This document shows positions 44,695 through 54,243 of a stretch of DNA of 64,000 bases, piece by piece. The stretch is taken from positions 631,788 through 695,787 of the forward strand of contig JACKDP010000002.1 in NCBI GenBank assembly GCA_020633435.1. The letters are read 5' to 3'. Below the pieces are notes generated by a model. That model made no database searches. It worked only from the letters and a program-made list of their open reading frames with translations, and was not told the origin of the DNA. The stretch is from Myxococcales bacterium (lineage in GTDB: Bacteria; Myxococcota_A; Bradymonadia; UBA7976; UBA1532). A program made the translations under genes and the position numbers. Each line of letters starts with the position of its first letter. Position 1 is the stretch's first letter.

Positions 44695-47600
44695 ATGTCT
44701 GCACGGCCAAACCGGGTAATCCGTATTCTTTTCGCGGCGTTGCTGCCACTCTGGGGCGGCGGCTGCAGCGAGGATGACGGATCGGGGAAGGTCGCAGACG
44801 CGGCCCAGGACGCCGCCCAGGGGCGCCAGGACCAGTTCCGGCCGCAGCCGGACATGCAGCCGTTCGACCTGGCCGTCGTCCCGCCGCCCCGCGACGCGGC
44901 GGTGCCCGACGCCGCGCCGCTGGACGCCAGCCCGCCCGACATGGCCGTGCTGCCGCCCGACATGGCCGTGCTGCCCCCCGACATGGCGGTGTCGCCGCCC
45001 GACATGGGTGCCCCCGACATGGGCTGTGCGGCGCGGGAGACGTGCCATAACGGCATCGATGATGACTGCAACGGCATCGTGGACGACCCGCTCGTCTGCG
45101 ACCAGGAGCTGCCGCCCTGCGTGGCCGACATGCCCTGCTTCACCGGGCTCGTGGGCGTCTGCGCCGTCGGCACCAGCCGCTGCCCGAACGGGCCGGAGGG
45201 CGAGGCGGCCTGCGACGCCCTGGAGCAGCCGGCGGCCGAGGTCTGCGATGGCGCCCTCGACGAGGACTGCGATGGCAACGTCGACGAGGGCTTCGGCCTC
45301 GACGAGCCGTGCGAGGCCGGGGTCGGGAGTTGCCGCGCCCTCGGCGTCTTCGAGTGCGCCCCGGACGGCGGCGCGCGCTGCACCGCCGCCCCGCGGGGCG
45401 CCCGCCTCGAGCGCTGCGATGGCATCCCGGCCGACGAAGACTGCGATGGCACGGTGGACGAGGGCTTCGAGGACCTGGGCCAGCCCTGTCAGGTAGGCCT
45501 GGGCATCTGCGAGGCCGCGGGCGAGATCATCTGCGCGGCCAACGGCATCAGCACGCGCTGCTCGGCGCGGCCCGCGGGCCCCGGCAGCGAGTTGTGCAAC
45601 CAGGCCGACGATGACTGCGATGGCCGGGTGGACGAGGTCTTCCCGGAGCTGGGCCAGGCCTGCGTGCTCGGCCTCGGGGCCTGCCGCGCCGAGGGCGTGC
45701 GCGTCTGCTACAGCGAGAACCGGACGTACTGCAACGCCCAGCCGGGCCTGCCCGACCTGGAGACGTGCAACGCCATCGACGATGACTGCGATGGCAACAC
45801 CGACGAGGGCCCCGATGGCCGCCCGCTGACGGTGGCCTGCTACGGCGGCCCCGAGGGCACCGCCGGCGTCGGCCTCTGCCGCCAGGGTCGGCGGGCCTGC
45901 GGGGCCCAGGGGCTCGGGGCCTGCGAGGGCGAGGTCGATCCCGCCGAGGAGATCTGCGACGGCAGCGACAACGACTGCGATGGCCGCGTGGACGAGGGGG
46001 TCGACGGGGCGCCCATCCGCCAGCCCTGCTACGCCGGGCCCGACGGCACGGCGGGCGTGGGGGCCTGCCGCCAGGGCAACCGGACGTGCCGCAACGGGGC
46101 GCTGAGCCTCTGCGAGGGCCAGGTCCAGCCCCGCGTCGAGATCTGCGACTCCCTCGACAACGACTGCAACGGCCAGGTCGACGACGTGGCGGTCGGCGGC
46201 TGCGACTGCGTCCCGCTGGTGCGCCGCGCGTGCTACTCGGGGCCCGACGGCACCGAGGGCGTCGGTCGCTGCCGGGCGGGCAACCAGAACTGCCGCGCCG
46301 ACGGCACGGGCTACGGCGAGTGCTTCGACGAGTTCACGCCGAGCGCGGAGGCCTGCAACGGCGAGGACGACGACTGCGACGGCCGGGTGGACGAGGAGGT
46401 CGACGGCATCGGCGCGGCGTGCAACGTGGGCCTGGGGGCCTGCGGCGCGGCGGGCGTCTTCATCTGCGATCCGGCGCGGGGCCCGCGCTGCAGCGTGAAC
46501 GCCGGCGAGCCCAACCCCGAGACCTGCGATGGCATCGACAACGACTGCGACGGCGCCACGGACGAGCAGTTCCGGCTGGGCCTGGTGTGCCGGCTGGGCA
46601 TCGGGGCCTGCGCCCGCCAGGGCGAGGTCATCTGCGCGCCGGATGGCAGCACCTCCCAGTGCTCGGTGGAGCCTGGGCAGCCCGAGGAGGAGCGCTGCGA
46701 TGGCCTCGACAACGACTGCGACGGGCGCAGCGACGAGGGCCTGAACCTGGGCCTGCCCTGCGAGGTCGGCGTGGGCGCCTGCCTCGCGCGGGGTGTCCGC
46801 GTCTGCGGCAACGACGGGGTGGTGAGCTGCTCGGTCGCCCCGGGCGCCCCCCAGGCCGAGCGGTGTGACAGCCGCGACAACGACTGCGATGGCTCGACGG
46901 ACGAGGGCTTCGGGGTCGGCGACGCCTGCACGGCGGGCCAGGGCGTCTGCGCCCGGGACGGCCTGCGCCAGTGCTCCGCCGCCGGCGGCGTGGAGTGCAG
47001 CGCCGCGCCCGCGCCCGGCGGCGCGGAGCTCTGCGACGGCGAGGACAACGACTGCGATGGGCGCACCGACGAGGACTTCGCGCTCGGCGTGGCCTGCGCC
47101 GCGGGCGTCGGCCAGTGCCGCGCCAACGGCCAGACGATCTGCGCCGCCAACGGCCAGGGCACGACGTGCGGGGCCCAGCCCGGCGCGCCAGCAGCCGAGA
47201 CGTGCGACGACCGCGACAACGACTGCGATGGCCGCGCCGACGAGGACTTCGACCTGGGCAGCGCGTGCACCAACGGCGTGGGCGCCTGCTCGCGGGCCGG
47301 CGTGACGCGGTGCCAGGGGGGCGTGGCCGCCTGCGACGCGGTGCCAGGCCAGCCCCGGGCCGAGACGTGCGAGGGCACCGACCAGGACTGCGATGGCCGC
47401 ACCGATGAGGGCTTCCCCGTCGGCGACCGCTGCGAGGCGGGGGCGGGCGCGTGCCTGGAGGTCGGCGTGACGCGCTGCCTGGCCAACGGCCAGATCGAGT
47501 GCAGCGCCCGGGCCCATGACCCCGAGCCCGAGCTCTGCGACAGCCGCGACAACGACTGTGATGGGCGCGTGGACGAGGGCTTCGCGCTGGGCCAGGCGTG

Positions 47601-50600
47601 CAGCCGGGGCCAGGGCATCTGCCTGCGGGACGGCACCACGCGCTGCGGCCAGAACGGCCAGCTCGAGTGCAGCGCCCTGCCGGGCGTCGGCCGGGCCGAG
47701 ACGTGCGACGGCCGCGACGAAGACTGCGACGGCCGCACCGATGAGGGCTTCCCGGTGGGCCAGCCCTGCGAGGCGGGCGTGGGCGAGTGCTACCGGGCCG
47801 GGATGCTGCAGTGCGCCATCGGCGGCGGCACCCAGTGCAGCGTCCAGGCCGGCGCCCCGCGGGCCGAGCGCTGCGACGCGGTCGACAACGACTGCGATGG
47901 GCGGTCCGACGAGGGCCTGAACCTGGGCCAGGCCTGCATCGCGGGCGCGGGCCAGTGCGAGGCCGAGGGCACGCTCGCCTGTGGCCAGGCCGGCGCGGTC
48001 ATCTGCCAGGCCGAGCAGCCGATGGGCGGCGCCGAGGAGTGCGACGACCTCGACAACGACTGCGATGGCCGCGTCGACGAGGGCGGCGTCTGCCCCGACC
48101 TGGAGCCGCCGGACGTCACGCTGCTGCTGGAGCCCGTCTTCGTGCTCTTCAACGGCCTGGCCCGCGTCACGGTGACGGTCACCGATGACCAGGATCCCGA
48201 TCCCCAGGTCACCGCGACCATCGACGGGATGCCCATCCCCCTCGACGCCAACGGCCAGTACCTCTACCAGGCCAACGAGGCCGGGGCGCACGAGGTCGTG
48301 GCCGTCGCGGTGGACGCCGCCGGCCGCCGGGGCGAGGCGCGCGACTACTTCCGCGTCCAGAACCTCGACGACAACGAGCCGCCGGTGGTGCGCATCATCG
48401 CGCCCGCCGACACCAGCGAGCTGACGGGCGTGACCGAGATCCATGGCCGCCTGGAGGACCCGAACTTCTTCTCGTGGAAGCTCGAGATCAGCTTCGACCA
48501 GCAGAACTGGCAGGTCATCAACACGGGCATGACCAGCGGCCCCGACGTCATCGTGGGCTCGATCGATCCCACCGTGATGGCGCCTGGCTTCGTCTACGTG
48601 CGCCTGACCGGCGAGGACGAGAACAGCCTCAACCAGTTCCAGATCGTCACCTACCGCGTGCCGGACGGGGTCTCCCTGGGCGAGACGAAGCTGGGGATCC
48701 GCGACTTCGAGATGCCGGTGAAGGGCTTCTCGCTGGCCTTCGACCGCGAGTACGACAGCCGCCGCAAGTACCTCGACGGCGACTTCGGCTTCGGCTGGAA
48801 GCTCACGGCCACCCGCGTGGAGGTGCGCGAGGACCTGCAGAGCAACGTCATGGTCGCGCTGCCCGATGGCCGCCGCGAGGTCTTCGCGATCGCGTACAAC
48901 TTCCCGGGATTCTTCCCCTTTGGGACGATGAGCTACGTCGCGCCGCCGGGCGTGTACTCCACACTGACGTCGCCTCAGGCCTGCGCCGTGGCCAACACGG
49001 CCCAGGGCGTCGTCTGCTTCGACACGGGCCGGCCGCCCTCTTTCAGCGTCTCGAACTACGTGCTGACCACCCAGGACGGCACCCGCTACGAGATCCATGA
49101 CCAGCGCGGCCTGGACCGGCTCACCGATCGCGAGGGCAACCAGTTCACGTTCGCCCGCGACCGCATCACGTCCAACGTCGGCGTCGAGATCACGATGGCT
49201 CGCGACGCCTTCGGGCGCATCACGTCCATGACGGACCCGCGGGGCGGCATCATCGAGTACCGCTACGACGCGGTGGGCAACCTGACGGAGGTCGAGGATC
49301 AGGCGGGCGGCGTGCAGACCTACGTCTACGACGACGAGCACGGCCTGCTGCGCGTCCTCGGGCCGGACGGCAACCCGGTCATCCGCACCGAGTACGACGA
49401 GGACGGCCGCAAGGTCCGCGACGTCGACGCCCTCGGCAACGAGACCGTCTACGACTACGACTTCGACAACCGCATCCAGACGGTCACCAACCGCCGCGGC
49501 GACGTCATCGTCTACGAGTACAGCGAGATCGGGCAGATCCTGTCCCGCGTCGACGAGATGGGGAACGAGGCCACGTTCGACTACAACGCCCTCGAGCAGC
49601 TCGTCGGCGAGACCCTGCCGGATGGCTCGACGTTCGGCTACGCCTACGACGCCCGGGGCAACCAGACGCGGGTGACGCTGCCGACCGGCGAGTCCAACAC
49701 CTTCGCCTTCGACGCCTTCGGGCAGCCCGTCGCGATGACGGACCCGGCCGGGCACGTCAACCGCATGACCTACGACGCCTCGGGGCGGCTGACGTCCATT
49801 GAGAACGGGGCCGGCCACGTCCTGACGCTGGAGTACGACGCCAACGGCAACCGCCAGGCGGTCGTCGAGCCCGACGGCCAGCGGACGACCTACGGCTACG
49901 ACGCCCTCGGCAACATCACGAACATGGCGCGGGACGGCGGGTTCACCCGGACGTACGCCTACAACGCCGCCTCCGAGATGACGCGGCTGGTGGACTCCGA
50001 CGGCAACGCCATGGACCTGGACTACGACGCGGTGGGCCGGCTGCAGCGCGTGGTCGACCCGCTCGGCGGCGAGATCATCGCCGAGCGCGACGGCCTGGGG
50101 CGCATCACCCGCCTGACGGACGCCGATGGCTCGGTTCGCCGCTACCGCTTCGAGCCCCGCGGGCTGATGGAGGCCATCACCGACCCCAACGGCGGCGAGA
50201 CGACCTACGCCTACGACGCCGAGGGCGCGCTCGTCGGCCTGACCTACCCGGATGGCGCCGAGGTCCAGCTCACCCGCGACGCGGGCGGGCGCATCACCTC
50301 CCGGCGCGATCCGCTCGGCAACGTCGCCAGCTACCAGCTCGACGCCATGGGCCGGGTCATCAGCCGCACGGACCGCAACGGCGATCCCATCGTCTACGAG
50401 TACAACACGCTCGGTGACATGGTCCGGCGGAGCGACGCCGACGGCGAGACGACCTACGAGTACGACACGGTCGGCCGCCTGACGCGGGTCGTCAGCATCG
50501 AGGACGTCATCGTCTACGAGTACGACGAGGACGACCGCCTCGTGGCCGAGGAGCCCCTGGCCGGCTTCCGCCTGGAGCACACCTGGGACGCCGCCGCGCG

Positions 50601-52212
50601 CCGGGCCGCCACCCGCGGCCCCGAGGGCGAGTCCACGTTCGACTACGACGCCGGCGGCCGCCTGGCCACCGTGGACGACCCCGTCCTCGGCCCCATCGAC
50701 TTCGTGCGCAACCCCGAGGGGCGCCTGACGGGCATCCGCTACCCCAACGGCGTGGCCATCGACTACACCTACGACGCCATGGGCCGCCCCGTCCGCTGGG
50801 AGGCCCGCGCCGCGGGTGGCGCCGTCGTGGCCGGCGAGACGTGGACGTTCGACGCCGTCGGCCGCCCCACCCGCGTCGAGCGGGAAGACGGCCGCACGTT
50901 CGAGCTGACCTACGACGCGGCGGGCCAGATCACCCGGTCCGTCCTGCGCACCAACGGCGCCGTCACGCGGGACGTGGCCTACACCTACGACGCCCGCGGC
51001 GGCATGACCTCGCGCACCGTCAACGGCCAGCTCGCCGCGCACCAGCTCGACGCCGACCAGCGCCTCACCCGCGACGGCACCTGGACGTACCGCTACGACG
51101 CGGCCGGCAACCTGGTGGAGCGCACCCGCCTCGATGGGGCCGGGCGTGAGGCCTTCACCTACGACGCCGAGCGCCACCTGACGTCGTTCGCGCGCTTCAA
51201 CGGCCAGGGCGTCCAGCAGGCCGGCGTGATCTACCGCTACAACGGCCAGGGCGAGCGCGCCGCGCGCGTCGAGGGCGGCGTCGAGGAGCAGTACGCGACC
51301 AGCTTCGGCGAGCGCGGCTGGGTGCGCAGCCCGGCGGGCCAGACCACCCAGCGCTTCGTCTACGGCGACCAGTCCGACCAGGCCCTGGCCCTCGACAAGC
51401 CCGACGGCCCCGTCTACTTCGCCCTCGACGGCCGCGGCAGCGTGGCCGCCGCCTTCGACGGCGCGGGTCAGCTCGTCGGCCGCTACCTCTACGACGACTT
51501 CGGCGCCCTGCTCGACCAGGCCGGCCCCTTCACCTCGCCTCTGGGCTTCGAGGGCCGGCCCCGCGACCCGACGACGGGCCTCTACGACTTCCGCGCCCGC
51601 AGCTACGACCCGGCGGCGGGCCGCTTCCTCCAGCAGGACCCCGAGTCGGGCAGCCTGCAGCGGCCCATCACCCAGCACCCCTACCTGTATGGCGCCAACA
51701 GCCCGTGGTTCTACCGCGATCCGAACGGCCGGGCGGCGGCCATCAGCTACGCCTTCCTGTCGAGCCGCTTCGTCACGGGCTCCGGCAACGTGAACACGCC
51801 GAGCCATGGCGAGCTGCTGGGCGCGTTCATCGGCTTCATGCACGGCTTCTCGGCGGGCGCCTTCGTCTTCCTGGCCAACATCCTGGAGCTGAGCGGCACC
51901 GGGCAGGACATCAAGACCATCTGGGGCATCGCGACGAGCCGCACCAAGACGAAGCTCGACGAGATCGCCAACCTCCTCGGCCGCGGCGCGGCCCTGGACG
52001 ACAGCGGCTTCGCCGGCGCTTTCGTGAACGGCGCCAAGTTCCAGGTCGGCTTCAAGTTCTCCCTGAAGCTGCCCAAGCCCGTCAGCAAGGGCATCGCCCT
52101 CGCCGGCGGCAAGACGTCGAAGGGCGTCTGGGCCATCGAGAAGAGCGGTGGCGGCTTCAAGGAGGGCAACAAGCAGTTCCTGAACTTCCTGGAGCAGGTC
52201 GGCCCGCAGTAG
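44695..52212 (+). CDS. Rhs/YD-repeat polymorphic toxin lipoprotein (2505 aa): lipobox signal, PPDMAVL repeats, about 18 MopE-type Cys-rich repeats, YD-repeat shell, RHS repeat-associated core, C-terminal toxin domain of unknown type
   Basis: GGGAGGG RBS. The signal is MSARPNRVIRILFAALLPLWGGGCS. About 18 repeats carry E-x-CDG-x-DNDCDG-x-x-DEGF...C...G-x-G-x-C (for example ERCDSRDNDCDGSTDEGFGVGDACTAGQGVCARDG). There are dozens of YD repeats (YDAVGNLT, YDDEHGLL, YEYDTVGRLT and others). The RHS core is GLYDFRARSYDPAAGRFLQQDP...HPYLYGANSPWFYRDPNG, followed by about 160 aa of non-repetitive sequence with a hydrophobic stretch (LLGAFIGFMHGFSAGAFVFLANILEL). Confidence 0.85.
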   Translation: MSARPNRVIRILFAALLPLWGGGCSEDDGSGKVADAAQDAAQGRQDQFRPQPDMQPFDLAVVPPPRDAAVPDAAPLDASPPDMAVLPPDMAVLPPDMAVSPPDMGAPDMGCAARETCHNGIDDDCNGIVDDPLVCDQELPPCVADMPCFTGLVGVCAVGTSRCPNGPEGEAACDALEQPAAEVCDGALDEDCDGNVDEGFGLDEPCEAGVGSCRALGVFECAPDGGARCTAAPRGARLERCDGIPADEDCDGTVDEGFEDLGQPCQVGLGICEAAGEIICAANGISTRCSARPAGPGSELCNQADDDCDGRVDEVFPELGQACVLGLGACRAEGVRVCYSENRTYCNAQPGLPDLETCNAIDDDCDGNTDEGPDGRPLTVACYGGPEGTAGVGLCRQGRRACGAQGLGACEGEVDPAEEICDGSDNDCDGRVDEGVDGAPIRQPCYAGPDGTAGVGACRQGNRTCRNGALSLCEGQVQPRVEICDSLDNDCNGQVDDVAVGGCDCVPLVRRACYSGPDGTEGVGRCRAGNQNCRADGTGYGECFDEFTPSAEACNGEDDDCDGRVDEEVDGIGAACNVGLGACGAAGVFICDPARGPRCSVNAGEPNPETCDGIDNDCDGATDEQFRLGLVCRLGIGACARQGEVICAPDGSTSQCSVEPGQPEEERCDGLDNDCDGRSDEGLNLGLPCEVGVGACLARGVRVCGNDGVVSCSVAPGAPQAERCDSRDNDCDGSTDEGFGVGDACTAGQGVCARDGLRQCSAAGGVECSAAPAPGGAELCDGEDNDCDGRTDEDFALGVACAAGVGQCRANGQTICAANGQGTTCGAQPGAPAAETCDDRDNDCDGRADEDFDLGSACTNGVGACSRAGVTRCQGGVAACDAVPGQPRAETCEGTDQDCDGRTDEGFPVGDRCEAGAGACLEVGVTRCLANGQIECSARAHDPEPELCDSRDNDCDGRVDEGFALGQACSRGQGICLRDGTTRCGQNGQLECSALPGVGRAETCDGRDEDCDGRTDEGFPVGQPCEAGVGECYRAGMLQCAIGGGTQCSVQAGAPRAERCDAVDNDCDGRSDEGLNLGQACIAGAGQCEAEGTLACGQAGAVICQAEQPMGGAEECDDLDNDCDGRVDEGGVCPDLEPPDVTLLLEPVFVLFNGLARVTVTVTDDQDPDPQVTATIDGMPIPLDANGQYLYQANEAGAHEVVAVAVDAAGRRGEARDYFRVQNLDDNEPPVVRIIAPADTSELTGVTEIHGRLEDPNFFSWKLEISFDQQNWQVINTGMTSGPDVIVGSIDPTVMAPGFVYVRLTGEDENSLNQFQIVTYRVPDGVSLGETKLGIRDFEMPVKGFSLAFDREYDSRRKYLDGDFGFGWKLTATRVEVREDLQSNVMVALPDGRREVFAIAYNFPGFFPFGTMSYVAPPGVYSTLTSPQACAVANTAQGVVCFDTGRPPSFSVSNYVLTTQDGTRYEIHDQRGLDRLTDREGNQFTFARDRITSNVGVEITMARDAFGRITSMTDPRGGIIEYRYDAVGNLTEVEDQAGGVQTYVYDDEHGLLRVLGPDGNPVIRTEYDEDGRKVRDVDALGNETVYDYDFDNRIQTVTNRRGDVIVYEYSEIGQILSRVDEMGNEATFDYNALEQLVGETLPDGSTFGYAYDARGNQTRVTLPTGESNTFAFDAFGQPVAMTDPAGHVNRMTYDASGRLTSIENGAGHVLTLEYDANGNRQAVVEPDGQRTTYGYDALGNITNMARDGGFTRTYAYNAASEMTRLVDSDGNAMDLDYDAVGRLQRVVDPLGGEIIAERDGLGRITRLTDADGSVRRYRFEPRGLMEAITDPNGGETTYAYDAEGALVGLTYPDGAEVQLTRDAGGRITSRRDPLGNVASYQLDAMGRVISRTDRNGDPIVYEYNTLGDMVRRSDADGETTYEYDTVGRLTRVVSIEDVIVYEYDEDDRLVAEEPLAGFRLEHTWDAAARRAATRGPEGESTFDYDAGGRLATVDDPVLGPIDFVRNPEGRLTGIRYPNGVAIDYTYDAMGRPVRWEARAAGGAVVAGETWTFDAVGRPTRVEREDGRTFELTYDAAGQITRSVLRTNGAVTRDVAYTYDARGGMTSRTVNGQLAAHQLDADQRLTRDGTWTYRYDAAGNLVERTRLDGAGREAFTYDAERHLTSFARFNGQGVQQAGVIYRYNGQGERAARVEGGVEEQYATSFGERGWVRSPAGQTTQRFVYGDQSDQALALDKPDGPVYFALDGRGSVAAAFDGAGQLVGRYLYDDFGALLDQAGPFTSPLGFEGRPRDPTTGLYDFRARSYDPAAGRFLQQDPESGSLQRPITQHPYLYGANSPWFYRDPNGRAAAISYAFLSSRFVTGSGNVNTPSHGELLGAFIGFMHGFSAGAFVFLANILELSGTGQDIKTIWGIATSRTKTKLDEIANLLGRGAALDDSGFAGAFVNGAKFQVGFKFSLKLPKPVSKGIALAGGKTSKGVWAIEKSGGGFKEGNKQFLNFLEQVGPQ

Positions 52213-52237
52213 GCCGGCCGCCCCGGCTGGAGGTCCT

Positions 52238-52729
52238 ATGTCGGTCTTGCTCTCGGTGGCGCTGCTGGCGCCGCCCACCTGCGCCCCCGAGGCGCTCGCC
52301 AAGGTCGAGGAGGCGCTGGCGCAGGCGCCCGCGAAGCGTGCCCACGCGCTCGCCCTGCAGGGCGTGTCGGAGGCCTGCGCCCTGCCACCGAAGCTGGCGG
52401 CGGGCGTGCGGGGCGTGGCGGCCGCCCCACCCGACCAGGTCGCCCTGCTGGAGGCGCGGTGCATCACCCAGGCGACGGACCTGTGGACGCAGGCCTGCCC
52501 GGCCGGCGTGAAGGTCTTCGCCCAGCTCGCGAGCGCGGCCCCGGACGCCCGCCCGGCGCTCCTCCTCGCCGCCTGCCAGCTCGACCGCTTCGGCCTCACC
52601 CTGGCCCAGCTGCAGGGCGGGGACGTCTCGCCGCTGGGCGTCATGCTGGCCGCCGTCGTGCACGGTCCAGGCCGCGCCGCCCTCGTCCAGGCCCTCGTGC
52701 TCTCCCCCCGACCGGAGGCAACCCCTTGA
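52238..52729 (+). CDS. small protein (163 aa) immediately downstream of the Rhs toxin gene; candidate cognate immunity protein
   Basis: Starts 26 nt after the Rhs stop with a GGAGG RBS. The Ala/Leu-rich sequence has conserved Cys residues and a hydrophobic N-terminus (MSVLLSVALLAPPTC). The position is the one usually occupied by RhsI-type immunity genes. The stop overlaps the TTG start of the next gene. Confidence 0.45.
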   Translation: MSVLLSVALLAPPTCAPEALAKVEEALAQAPAKRAHALALQGVSEACALPPKLAAGVRGVAAAPPDQVALLEARCITQATDLWTQACPAGVKVFAQLASAAPDARPALLLAACQLDRFGLTLAQLQGGDVSPLGVMLAAVVHGPGRAALVQALVLSPRPEATP

Positions 52730-54201
52730 TTCGCCAGCTCTTTCTCCTCGCCGCCGTCGCCAGCCTCGTCGGCTGCGGCGGCGCTGCTACGCGGGCCCCG
52801 CGCCCCGACCTCGTCATCCTGCAGCTCAACGACGTCTACGAGGCCAACCCCGTGGGCGGCGAGGGCGGCCTGGCCCGGGTGGCGACGCTGCGCAAGCGCC
52901 TGGAGGCCGAGGGCGCGCCCGTGGTCACCGTCCTCGCCGGCGACTTCCTGAGCCCCTCCGCCATCGGGCTGGCCAAGGTCGACGGCGAGCGCCTGGCGGG
53001 CAAGCAGATGGTCGCCGCCTTCAACGCCCTCGGCCTCGACTACGTGACGTTCGGCAACCACGAGTTCGATGTCTCCGAGGCCCAGCTCCTCGCGCGCATC
53101 GGCGAGTCGAAGTTCACCTGGTTCTCCGGCAACGTCCTGCGGGGCAGCGGGGAGCCGTTCCCGGGTGTGCAGCCCCGCATCGTCCGCACCGTGCAGACGC
53201 CCTCCGGCGCCTGGACGCTGGGTCTGCTGAGCGTGACGCTCAACAGCAACCCCCACGACTGGGTCCGCTACGACGCCGACTACGTCGCGGTGGCGAAGCG
53301 CGAGGTCGAGGCCCTCAAGGCCGCCGGCGCCGACCTGATCGTCGCCCTCACCCACCTCGACCTGGACGACGACGAGGCCATCGCCGAGGACGTCCCGCCC
53401 GTGGACTTCATCCTGGGCGGTCACGAGCACGAGAACGTCCGCATCTATCGCGGCCGGGACTTCACCCCGGTCATCAAGGCCGACGCCAACGCCCGCACCG
53501 TCTACGTCCACCGCCTGACCCGCGGCGACGGCGGCGCCCCCACCCTGACGTCCGAGCTCGTGCGCATCGACGCCGCGATCCCCGACGATCCCGAGGTCGC
53601 GGCCGCCGCGAAGACGTGGACGGACCGCGCCTTCGACAGCTTCCGGGCCGACGGCCTGCAGCCGGAGCGCGTCGTCACCACCGCCTGGGTCGACCTCGAC
53701 GGCCGCGAGGCCAGCGTCCGCAACCGCAGCACCGACCTCACCCGGCTGCTCGCCGAGGCCGTCGCGGCGGGTGGCCAGGACGCCCAGGTGGCCCTCTACA
53801 ACAGCGGCTCCATCCGCATCGACGACACCATCCCGGCCGGCACCCCGGTCACGGAGTACGACGTCCTGCGCATCCTGCCGTTTGGTGGCCAGGTGGTCAC
53901 GGTCACCCTCACCGGCGCGGTCCTCAGCCAGGTCCTGGACGCCGGCCTCGCCAACCGCGGCAAGGGCGGCTACCTGCAGACGCTCGGCGTGGCCGGGACC
54001 CGCGGCGCCTGGACGCTCGGCGGCGCCCCTCTCGTGGCCGACCAGCCGTACCGCGTGGCGCTCAACGACTTCCTGCTGACGGGCAAGGAGGACAACCTGG
54101 GCTTCCTGAAGCCCGACGCCGAAGGCGTCAGCGACCGGCACGATGGCCCCGACCTGCGCCGCGCCTTCATCGACCGCCTGTCCCGGGGCGCCGACGGCTG
54201 A
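52726..54201 (+). CDS. bifunctional metallophosphatase/5'-nucleotidase (UshA-like) lipoprotein
   Basis: TTG start with a GGAGG RBS. The lipobox signal is LIRQLFLLAAVASLVGC. The calcineurin-like motifs ILQLNDVYE, GDFLSPS, GNHEFD and GGHEH are followed by a 5'-nucleotidase C-terminal domain. Confidence 0.8.
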   Translation: MIRQLFLLAAVASLVGCGGAATRAPRPDLVILQLNDVYEANPVGGEGGLARVATLRKRLEAEGAPVVTVLAGDFLSPSAIGLAKVDGERLAGKQMVAAFNALGLDYVTFGNHEFDVSEAQLLARIGESKFTWFSGNVLRGSGEPFPGVQPRIVRTVQTPSGAWTLGLLSVTLNSNPHDWVRYDADYVAVAKREVEALKAAGADLIVALTHLDLDDDEAIAEDVPPVDFILGGHEHENVRIYRGRDFTPVIKADANARTVYVHRLTRGDGGAPTLTSELVRIDAAIPDDPEVAAAAKTWTDRAFDSFRADGLQPERVVTTAWVDLDGREASVRNRSTDLTRLLAEAVAAGGQDAQVALYNSGSIRIDDTIPAGTPVTEYDVLRILPFGGQVVTVTLTGAVLSQVLDAGLANRGKGGYLQTLGVAGTRGAWTLGGAPLVADQPYRVALNDFLLTGKEDNLGFLKPDAEGVSDRHDGPDLRRAFIDRLSRGADG

Positions 54202-54243
54202 GACCGGCGCGGTCCCGACCCGGGTCCCGACGAGGAGCTGCGA

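Noticed and set aside
52459-52725. Upstream extension of the 5'-nucleotidase ORF (ORF 52459..54201) overlapping the candidate immunity gene
   Set aside because: The extension is Arg/Pro/Gly-rich and has no signal peptide. The in-frame TTG at 52726 with a GGAGG RBS gives a proper lipobox signal and abuts the upstream stop.
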